Below, in pieces: positions 15,831-23,130 of a stretch of 32,000 nt of DNA (within the stretch, counting starts at the first letter, position 1; every line of letters starts with the position of its first letter). This DNA is from Bellilinea caldifistulae. GTDB lineage: Bacteria; Chloroflexota; Anaerolineae; Anaerolineales; Anaerolineaceae. Both the position numbers and the translations under genes were made by a program. Under the pieces are notes generated by a model. The model worked only from the letters and a program-made list of their open reading frames with translations, did no database searches and had not been told where the DNA came from. The stretch lies in the NCBI RefSeq assembly GCF_001306055.1, contig NZ_LGHJ01000016.1, positions 210,001-242,000 on the forward strand. Reading direction: 5' to 3'.

Positions 15831-17294
15831 TCAGGTCCATTCACCGACGGTGTAAAGGAGTGCAAAATTGGGCGGGCGCATTGCTCCAACCGGAAATCCG
15901 CTGATCACGACGACCTGATCACCAGCGTGAATAGCGGTGGAGGAAACTAAAGCAGCCTCCACGCTGGCAATCATAGCCTCAACCGTTGAAGCAAATGGAA
16001 CCAAGAAGGGTACTACACCCCAGTACAATCCCATTCGGTTGTAGGTTTGCTCTTCCGGTGTAAAAGCAAACACAGGAACATTGGGGCGGGATTTTGACAT
16101 CAGCAGAGCGGTTTTCCCGGTTTGGGTGAACACGGCAATTGCAACGACATTGCGGTCATGAGCCAATTCCTTGGCGGCGCGGGTGATGGCCAGTGCGTCA
16201 TCCTGAGGTGCCTCAGCCGGGCGGGTAGAATAATGGGCATATTCGGCTGCATTGGCTTCGGCTTCGCAAATAATATTGGACATGACCTTAACCGCTTCGA
16301 GTGGGTACGCACCGCTGGCGGTTTCTCCGGAGAGCATTACAGCATCGGTGCCGTCAAAGATCGCATTGGCGACATCAGAAGCCTCGGCGCGAGTTGGCCG
16401 CGGATTGCGAATCATCGAATCGAGCATTTGAGTGGCGGTGATGACCGGCTTTGCATGCCGATTGGCCATGTCAATAATTCGTTTTTGAATGATTGGCACA
16501 GTGGACGGAGAGGTTTCAACGCCCAAATCTCCACGGGCGACCATCACACCATCCGCAGCATGAATGATTTCATGCAGGTTGGCAATTGCTTCGGGTCGCT
16601 CCAGCTTGGCAATGATGGGTGTGTTTGCCCGACTGGGGAGAATTTCCCGCATGGCGTTGCGAACTTCCTCGATATCCGCGGCGCGGTGAACAAAACTGAT
16701 GGCGACCCAATCCACACCATTTTTCAAGCCGAATTCGAGATCCTGACGATCTTTTTCGGTGAAGGGGGGAATACCCAGGGCAGCACCCGGTAGATTGACG
16801 CCTTTGTTGGAATACAATGTTCCGCCCAATATCACCCTGGCAACCACTGCGTCTCCCTGAACATCAGTGACCTCAAATTCAAGGTTGCCATCATCAAGCA
16901 GAATTCGGTTGCCGGGAACAACGCCACGAGCAAGGTTCGGGACATCCAGTGGAATGAGAATCGTAGATTCGGGCAGGTCTACCAGTGATCCCAGGTTGGA
17001 CACCTGAGTGAGTACAACCTGATCGCCCGCTTGAAGGGGAATTCCTTCTGCTGGTAATTTGCCAACTCGCAGTTTAGGTCCCTGTAAATCTTGAAGAATG
17101 GAAACTGGTTTGTTCAATTCTTCAGAAAGTTTTCGAATCAGGCGGATTTTTTCGAGATGTTCTTCGTGCGTGCCGTGAGAAAAATTTAAACGGGCTACAT
17201 CAATGCCGGCTTCGATCAAATGACGAAGTGTCTCTTCATTTTCACTTGCCGGTCCAATCGTAGCAACGATTTTTGTCCTGCGAAAATTCATCAT
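15831..17294 (-). CDS. pyk: Pyruvate kinase
   Basis: RRTKIVATIGPAS, ARLNFSHG, MVARGDLGVE, and 487 aa including the C-terminal domain. AGGTGA lies directly upstream of ATGATG. Confidence 0.95.
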   Translation of the reverse strand: MMNFRRTKIVATIGPASENEETLRHLIEAGIDVARLNFSHGTHEEHLEKIRLIRKLSEELNKPVSILQDLQGPKLRVGKLPAEGIPLQAGDQVVLTQVSNLGSLVDLPESTILIPLDVPNLARGVVPGNRILLDDGNLEFEVTDVQGDAVVARVILGGTLYSNKGVNLPGAALGIPPFTEKDRQDLEFGLKNGVDWVAISFVHRAADIEEVRNAMREILPSRANTPIIAKLERPEAIANLHEIIHAADGVMVARGDLGVETSPSTVPIIQKRIIDMANRHAKPVITATQMLDSMIRNPRPTRAEASDVANAIFDGTDAVMLSGETASGAYPLEAVKVMSNIICEAEANAAEYAHYSTRPAEAPQDDALAITRAAKELAHDRNVVAIAVFTQTGKTALLMSKSRPNVPVFAFTPEEQTYNRMGLYWGVVPFLVPFASTVEAMIASVEAALVSSTAIHAGDQVVVISGFPVGAMRPPNFALLYTVGEWT

Positions 17295-17329
17295 TCACCT
17301 CGTAGAGGTTGTAGGTTGTCGGTATCTTG

Positions 17330-17338
17330 ATTGTACCA
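17330..17338 (-). promoter_or_regulatory. Candidate extended -10 element for pyk
   Basis: Minus strand reads TGGTACAAT, about 36 nt upstream of the pyk ATG and just downstream of the rocD terminator. No convincing -35. Confidence 0.35.
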
Positions 17339-17373
17339 AATGATGGGTGAAAGGAAGCGGTGCGAAAATAATT

Positions 17374-17409
17374 AAATCAGCACCGGCGTAGCAACGCCGG
17401 TGCTGATTT
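17374..17409 (-). terminator. Intrinsic terminator after rocD
   Basis: Perfect 15-bp stem AAATCAGCACCGGCG / CGCCGGTGCTGATTT with loop TAGCAA. On the minus strand it is followed by AATTATTTT. Confidence 0.85.
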
Positions 17410-17431
17410 ACGGAATTTGGACAATCAATGA

Positions 17432-18649
17432 TCAGGGCATTGTCAGCACATCATAAATATGTGGTATTGCCCAATCAATTTCCTCGCGAGTAATGACCAG
17501 CGGTGGCGCAAAACGAATAATGTGCTGATGAGTTTCTTTGGCGAGGATACCCTTTTTTTGTAAGGCTTCACAAAACCGCCGAGCACCGCCCGCCTCTTTT
17601 TTGAGCTCCACGCCGATGAGTAAACCGCGCCCACGGACTTCCCGAATATGGGGTGAAGGAATTTCTTCAAGCCGTTCAAGGAAGTATTCACCCATTTGGC
17701 GGGCATTTTCAATGAGGTTTTCCTCTACAATCACTTTCAAGGCTTCGCGGGCTACTGCACAGGCAAGCGGATTACCGCCAAAGGTTGAGCCGTGTTCGCC
17801 GGGTTGATACAACCCCATTATTGGTTGATCTGCGAGGACCGCCGATACAGGATAAAATCCGCCGGAGAGGGCTTTACCGATGATGACCATGTCAGGACGG
17901 ACCTCTTCATGATCGCAAGCGAACAACTTGCCAGTTCGACCCAGGCCAGTTTGAATTTCATCGGCAATGAATAAAACCCGGTTTTTGCGGCAAATGTCGG
18001 CAACTTCCTTGAGGTATCCTGCTGGCGGGATGATGACCCCACCTTCCCCTTGAATCGGTTCCAGCAACATGGCAGCGGTATTGGGGGTAATTGCTTCGAC
18101 CAATGCATGCGCGTCTCCGTAGGGAACAGTCACAAAACCGGGGGTGAACGGACCAAAATCGTTTTTATAGAGAGGTTCGGTGGAACCGGAAATAATGGAA
18201 ATTGTACGACCGTGGAAGTTGCCCTCAGCCACAATGATTTCTGCCTGATAGCGAGGCACCCCTTTGACCTGATAAGCCCATTTACGGGCCAGTTTGAGGG
18301 CAGTTTCAACAGCTTCAGCGCCACTGTTCATCGGCAAAGACATCTTGTAGCCGGTTAGCTCGGAGAGTTCTTTGTAGAAAAGCGGCAGTTGATCGTTGCG
18401 AAAAGCACGTGAAGTCAAGGTGACTTTTTGAGCCTGCTCAATGAGGGCGCGTAAGATGCGCGGGTGGACATGTCCTTGATTAAGCGCAGAGTAAGCGCTC
18501 AGACAATCGAGATAGCGATTGCCCTCAACATCCCACACCCAGACCCCTTCAGCACGGCTGATCACAACATCCAGTGGATGATAGTTGTGGGCTCCAAAAG
18601 TTTCTTCGAGTTCGATCAGTTCTTTGGTCAAGTTTTCTCTGGTCACCAT
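17432..18649 (-). CDS. rocD: Ornithine--oxo-acid aminotransferase
   Basis: [48 protein letters not shown] closely parallels B. subtilis RocD. Class III PLP aminotransferase. Start ATG 18649 has GGGTGA upstream. ORF-track TTG 18661 abuts the argF stop. Confidence 0.85.
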   Translation of the reverse strand: MVTRENLTKELIELEETFGAHNYHPLDVVISRAEGVWVWDVEGNRYLDCLSAYSALNQGHVHPRILRALIEQAQKVTLTSRAFRNDQLPLFYKELSELTGYKMSLPMNSGAEAVETALKLARKWAYQVKGVPRYQAEIIVAEGNFHGRTISIISGSTEPLYKNDFGPFTPGFVTVPYGDAHALVEAITPNTAAMLLEPIQGEGGVIIPPAGYLKEVADICRKNRVLFIADEIQTGLGRTGKLFACDHEEVRPDMVIIGKALSGGFYPVSAVLADQPIMGLYQPGEHGSTFGGNPLACAVAREALKVIVEENLIENARQMGEYFLERLEEIPSPHIREVRGRGLLIGVELKKEAGGARRFCEALQKKGILAKETHQHIIRFAPPLVITREEIDWAIPHIYDVLTMP

Positions 18650-18661
18650 AGATTCACCCAA

Positions 18662-19588
18662 TTAGTTTTCCGCCAACAATTCAACCAAAATGGCTTTTTG
18701 CGCGTGGAGGCGGTTATGAGCCTGCGGGAACAAGCGGGAATGAGGTCCATCAGCAACCTCATCGGTAATTTCCTGTCCACGATGAGCCGGCAAGCAGTGC
18801 ATCACAATGACATCTGTCCGGGCTTCCGACACAAGTTGTTGATTGACCTGATAGGGAGGAAAGACGGCTTCTCGTTTCTTGGCTTCGGCTTCCTGCCCCA
18901 TGCTGGTCCAGGTGTCGGTGTAAATGACATGGGCATCTTTGACTGCCTGATGCGGGTCGCGCAAAAAAGTCAGTCGGCTGCCGCTCTCGGCCGCGAACTG
19001 TTTCGCCAGTTCAACCGCTTTGGGGACAATATCGTATCCTTCTGGACTGGCGATGGTGAAATTTGCACCCAGTTTGGCGCAAATGTGCATCAAAGAGACG
19101 GCGACATTATTTCCATCTCCAATGAAAGTAACATTCAAGCCTTTGAGAGAGCCAAATTCTTCCTGAATGGTGAGCGCGTCAGCCATTGCCTGACAAGGGT
19201 GGTTGTAATCGCTCAAACCGTTGATAACCGGGATGCTCGACCATTTTGCCAGTTCCAGCACATGCTCGTGAGCAAACACTCTGGCCATGATAGCATCCAC
19301 ATAACCAGACATCACCCGAGCCACATCCGCAATGGATTCGCGCTGCCCAAGCCCAATTTCATTGGGTGACAGGTACAAAGCATCACCACCAAGATGGCGC
19401 ATAGCCATATCGAAGCTTACCCGGGTGCGTAAACTGGGTTTTTGGAAAATCATTCCGAGTACTTTATTCTTGAGCAGGGGTTGGTTTCCGCCAGCCCGCC
19501 ATTCTTTCTTCAGGCGGACGGCAAGATCAAGCATTCCTTGTAGTTCTGCCGGTGAGTAGTCAGAAACCGCAAGAAAATCTTTTTTCAT
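18662..19588 (-). CDS. argF: Ornithine carbamoyltransferase
   Basis: [17 protein letters not shown] and [10 protein letters not shown] motifs. AAGGAG lies upstream. Confidence 0.93.
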   Translation of the reverse strand: MKKDFLAVSDYSPAELQGMLDLAVRLKKEWRAGGNQPLLKNKVLGMIFQKPSLRTRVSFDMAMRHLGGDALYLSPNEIGLGQRESIADVARVMSGYVDAIMARVFAHEHVLELAKWSSIPVINGLSDYNHPCQAMADALTIQEEFGSLKGLNVTFIGDGNNVAVSLMHICAKLGANFTIASPEGYDIVPKAVELAKQFAAESGSRLTFLRDPHQAVKDAHVIYTDTWTSMGQEAEAKKREAVFPPYQVNQQLVSEARTDVIVMHCLPAHRGQEITDEVADGPHSRLFPQAHNRLHAQKAILVELLAEN

Positions 19589-19767
19589 ATGTGCTCCTTA
19601 TTAAGTGAGTGAATTTTGGGGCATAAAGAGTATAACATACCCTAACTGTTCTACCAGTGGTCTTAAGCACTTTTGCATCGGTCTTTTGTCTTAAGTATTA
19701 CCAATGGTTTGGGCTATACAAAGCCAAAGCAGCCCGTTAAAATACACCATGGAAAAGGAATCGGATA

Positions 19768-20757
19768 ATGAGAATTGAAATTTTCAACTCTGTTCAATCG
19801 TTTCGAAAGTTTGTTTGGGGAGTTCTTCTATATAACATTCTGGTAATTCTGTGGGGGGCATTCGTGCGGGCCACTGGCTCCGGTGCTGGTTGTGGAGCGC
19901 ACTGGCCTTTGTGTAATGGGGAGGTCATCCCTCGTGCTCCAGCGGTTGAAACCCTCATCGAATTTACTCACCGACTTTCAAGCGGGCTGGTTGTGCTACT
20001 CATGATAATCCTGGTTGCCTCGGCCTTTCGTTTATTCCCAAAGGGTCACGTGGTGCGAAAATCCGTCATTGCTGCCGGTATTTTTACCATCATAGAGTCG
20101 CTGATTGGGGCTGTTCTGGTCCTCAATGAACTGACTGGTCAAAATGACTCAATTCATCGGGCAATCGTGATGATGGTACATTTGATCAATACCTTCCTGC
20201 TGGTCGCCTCCATATTACTCACTGCCCGGTGGAGTAGCGATGAGTCACCCGTGCAAATCAATTTCAATCGGGGCGGGTGGGGGATTTTAATTGGAATTGG
20301 CCTGGCAGGAATGATTATTCTTGGAGCAAGTGGGGCGGTTACGGCATTGGGAGATACCCTGTACCCCTCCTCTTCACTGGTTGAGGGTTTTCAGCAAGAT
20401 TTTGATCCCACAGCCAACATTCTGATCCGTTTGCGAATTTTTCATCCGGCAATTGCTGCATTTGTGGGTGTGTATACTATCGGGGTGTCTCTGTCCATTC
20501 GCCGAAAGTTTCCGTTCCAAAGTATCCAGCACTCAACAACTGTACTGAGTGCGGTCTATGCTTTGCAGCTTTTGCTTGGTGTGATCAATGTGATCTTGTT
20601 AGCGCCTGTATGGATGCAGATTTTGCATCTACTGGTGACCAATCTTATCTGGCTGGCCTGGCTTTGGCTGGCGGAATCATTTTTTAGCGGCCGATTTGCG
20701 CTGCAAAGCAGAAGCGACCATCCGGTCCATCAAAGCATAAGCCAACCCCTTGCCTAA
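19768..20757 (+). CDS. ctaA: Haem A synthase (COX15/CtaA family)
   Basis: FVRATGSGAGCGAHWPLCNG plus eight hydrophobic helices with conserved His residues. AAGGA lies upstream. Confidence 0.85.
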   Translation: MRIEIFNSVQSFRKFVWGVLLYNILVILWGAFVRATGSGAGCGAHWPLCNGEVIPRAPAVETLIEFTHRLSSGLVVLLMIILVASAFRLFPKGHVVRKSVIAAGIFTIIESLIGAVLVLNELTGQNDSIHRAIVMMVHLINTFLLVASILLTARWSSDESPVQINFNRGGWGILIGIGLAGMIILGASGAVTALGDTLYPSSSLVEGFQQDFDPTANILIRLRIFHPAIAAFVGVYTIGVSLSIRRKFPFQSIQHSTTVLSAVYALQLLLGVINVILLAPVWMQILHLLVTNLIWLAWLWLAESFFSGRFALQSRSDHPVHQSISQPLA

Positions 20758-21519
20758 CAGTCGAATGGTCAGATAGATCAACTTATTTTCTAAACCAGGA
20801 AGGATAAGATATTTGCGGTTGGCAACTCCGCTTAAGATTTCACGGGCAACCTGATCGGGATGGATGATTCCGCCACTGCTTGCAAGCATTTTGGTAATCT
20901 GTGGTTTATACTGATTCTCATACGCCAATTGGGGGGTATCCGTATCGGGCGGATACACCAGTGCGACCTGAATGCCCTGCGGTTTTAATTCCATTCTCAA
21001 CGCATCCGATAAACCCGTTACCGCATGTTTTGAAGCCCCATAAGCCGTATAACCATATATATTCAAGTAACCCACGATGGAAGAGATGTTGACGATAATG
21101 CCATCCTTTGCGGCTAGCATAGGCGGAAGAACTGCGCGAATAGCATTGACTGTTCCAAAGTAGTTGATTTGCATCATCTGGTGGAAAATCTCTTCTTCCA
21201 AATCCCAAAATTCTCCAGGATGAGCGACACCAGCGGAATTGATTAAGATATCCACCTTCTTCCATCGGGAGATCAACAGAGAGAGAGCATTGTTCAAATT
21301 GAGCGAATTGGAAACATCTGCCGAAATGCTGGAAATTTCCACATTTGGGGAGGGGCGAAAGCCTTCCAAATGGGATACGGCTTTTTGAAGGTTATCGGGG
21401 TTTCGAGCCAGGATACAAACGTTGGCTCGATTTTGAACAAATAATTTTGCCAGCGCCAATCCGATCCCGCTTGAACCGCCGGTAATTAAGACTTTCTTAT
21501 TTTGGTAAAAGTCCACCAT
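20677..21519 (-). CDS. Classical SDR, 3-ketodihydrosphingosine reductase (KDSR)-like
   Basis: [8 protein letters not shown], YGASK and [26 protein letters not shown]...PDQVAREI parallel human KDSR ([22 protein letters not shown]...PEQVAKQIV). I set the start at ATG 21519, because the longer ORF-track form runs through the fmdB gene. Confidence 0.7.
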   Translation of the reverse strand: [280 protein letters not shown]

Positions 21520-21535
21520 GGCAGGCGGTATTTGG

Positions 21536-21763
21536 TTAATTTCCACAGCAGGCACAAGAGCCGCCACTGCAAGAGGCACAGCCTGATGATGAACTGCCGG
21601 CGACGGGTTTACCTTCAGATGCAGCAAAGAAAAGCGATAAAGCCCGGCGGGTGTTTGGGCTAAAACACCTCTTGCAATGAATTGGTTCGTCAGCGTCCTT
21701 AATCGAACGAAAAGCATCAAAGCGTGAACCACAATCCTGACAGGTATACTCGTAAAGCGGCAT
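21536..21763 (-). CDS. FmdB-family zinc-ribbon putative regulatory protein
   Basis: MPLYEYTCQDCGSRFD...IHCKRC matches the CxxC_CxxC_SSSS family (TIGR02605). Ser/Gly/Cys-rich tail. Confidence 0.85.
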   Translation of the reverse strand: MPLYEYTCQDCGSRFDAFRSIKDADEPIHCKRCFSPNTRRALSLFFAASEGKPVAGSSSSGCASCSGGSCACCGN

Positions 21764-21781
21764 CGTTTTCCTCCACCTGAA

Positions 21782-22486
21782 TTATTGTGGCTGGATTTTA
21801 CTCCCTATTGGCAAGTCAGTCAAACCAGACGGTACGGCAAAAGCCAGATGATACACCGCAATCCCAAAAGCAACGGCAACGTTCAAGGATCGTTTGTAAC
21901 CGCTCATCGGAATAAAGATCTTTTCATCACACAATTCCAAAATTGCCGGGTCAATACCACTCACTTCATTGCCTGCCACCAAAACCAATGGCTGATTTTT
22001 GGGGATGAATTGGATTTCAAACAACGAGACTGCCGAAGGGGTGGTTTCTAACGCCCATAGGGTTTTGCCATCTGCTTTGAGGGATTGAGCCAGTTGCAGA
22101 CCGTTTGGGGCATATTCCCAGGGAACAGCAAATTCCGCACCTAAAGCTGTCTTGGAGATGCGGGGATTTCCGGGTAGAGGGGTTAATCCGCTCAGGTAAA
22201 GATGGGAGATTCCTGCACCATCAGCAATACGGAACATTGCCCCCACATTGAATGTCGAACGGATATTATCCAATAAGGCTTCCAAATGAAAGGCAGGTCT
22301 TGTCGCTTTACGGGATTGACTGAGGGTCGTGAGGACTTCTTGCGGTGTAGGAACGGGTAATAGCGGGGATGTACAGCGAGGACATTTCAACGAATCGTTT
22401 TGTACGGCTCTGCCGGCCGGGATGCGCAATGCACATTTTGGATTGCTGCACTGGTAAAAATGGTATGAAGATGGAGCGGATTTCAT
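21782..22486 (-). CDS. SpoU/TrmH-family RNA 2'-O-methyltransferase with N-terminal zinc ribbon
   Basis: C-terminal SpoU motifs (LVAGNEVSGID, SLNVAVAFGIAVYHL). N-terminal CSNPKC-x17-CPRC. The start ATG overlaps the upstream stop (ATGA). Confidence 0.82.
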   Translation of the reverse strand: MKSAPSSYHFYQCSNPKCALRIPAGRAVQNDSLKCPRCTSPLLPVPTPQEVLTTLSQSRKATRPAFHLEALLDNIRSTFNVGAMFRIADGAGISHLYLSGLTPLPGNPRISKTALGAEFAVPWEYAPNGLQLAQSLKADGKTLWALETTPSAVSLFEIQFIPKNQPLVLVAGNEVSGIDPAILELCDEKIFIPMSGYKRSLNVAVAFGIAVYHLAFAVPSGLTDLPIGSKIQPQ

Positions 22487-23118
22487 TCTTTCATTATAAA
22501 ACCGGTTCGTACATAACGGGCTGCATACGGGTCAAATCCCAGTTCGCTTAGAACTTCTTCTGGGCGACCGGTTGCCCCTTCTCGCGCAGAAAGCTGCATT
22601 TCAAGGGCTGCGCAACCCTCTGGCAATGGAGTTAACTCAATTTTTTCGATTAATGGACGTAAATCATAGGTTTTATTTCTTCGTGTGCGGGTGATTGAAC
22701 TTCGATCAAGCAATTCTGCAAGGCGAGTGTAGAGTTCGGTAATATTGACAGGATCAAGCAGGATGACATGGTATAAAGAGGATAGAATCAGGGTTGGCAA
22801 ACTGGGAGAATTGAGTGGAATGGTGGCAACCGAGAGGATTTCAATACCGGGTTGTTGAGTGGCTTGCAATTGGGTCAAAAAGTCTTTCTCCGACCATTGG
22901 TCTGCTTCCACCCAGACATCAATCAGGTCGTTTTGGCTGAGAAAGCCTAAAGGCAGGGGGGCGGCTTGTTGAATTTTGGGCTGGGGATGAAATCCTTGCG
23001 TATAGGCGACCGGAACACGAGCCCGGCGCAGGTATCGCTCCCAAACCTTGTGAAGATCTAGATTACCCACATACTGCAGTGGAGTATCTTTATTGTATTG
23101 GATGCGGAAGCGCAGCAT
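22483..23118 (-). CDS. Radical SAM-linked protein (TIGR03936/DUF2344)
   Basis: LRFRIQYNKDTPLQYVGNLDLHKVWERYLRRARVPVAYTQGFHPQPKI is characteristic of the partner of TIGR03960 radical SAM enzymes. Confidence 0.8.
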   Translation of the reverse strand: MLRFRIQYNKDTPLQYVGNLDLHKVWERYLRRARVPVAYTQGFHPQPKIQQAAPLPLGFLSQNDLIDVWVEADQWSEKDFLTQLQATQQPGIEILSVATIPLNSPSLPTLILSSLYHVILLDPVNITELYTRLAELLDRSSITRTRRNKTYDLRPLIEKIELTPLPEGCAALEMQLSAREGATGRPEEVLSELGFDPYAARYVRTGFIMKE

Positions 23119-23130
23119 GAATAATCAACC

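Noticed and set aside
16122-16793. 223-aa plus-strand ORF antisense to pyk.
   Set aside because: It sits entirely inside the well-supported pyruvate kinase gene and has no recognisable motifs. I treat it as a shadow ORF.
18464-19369. 301-aa plus-strand ORF spanning the rocD/argF junction.
   Set aside because: It lies fully antisense to two genes with unmistakable family motifs. It crosses their boundary, has no RBS or recognisable domain, and is Gly/Arg/His/Phe-skewed as mirror-frame translations typically are. I treat it as a shadow ORF.
19659-19695. Direct repeat GTCTTAAG (19660-19667 and 19688-19695) in the argF/ctaA intergenic region.
   Set aside because: Only 8 bp and two copies in an AT-rich spacer, which is well within chance. 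No flanking symmetry.
19708-19730. Imperfect hairpin TTTGGGCT-ATACA-AAGCCAAA upstream of ctaA.
   Set aside because: The stem is short, AT-rich and interrupted, with no T-tract and no recognisable riboswitch or attenuator features.
21536-21600. Cys-rich tail (GCASCSGGSCACCGN) of the FmdB protein, considered as a possible RiPP-like precursor or metal-binding novelty.
   Set aside because: Ser/Gly/Cys-rich C-termini are, as far as I recall, a normal trait of the FmdB CxxC_CxxC_SSSS family. No maturation enzymes specific for it are evident.
21520-21732. N-terminal 71-codon extension of the SDR ORF (ORF-track 20677..21732), which overlaps fmdB in another frame.
   Set aside because: The extension precedes the Rossmann start ([13 protein letters not shown]) and has no SDR counterpart. 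It runs through the strongly supported FmdB zinc-ribbon gene. ATG 21519 gives a normal-length SDR.
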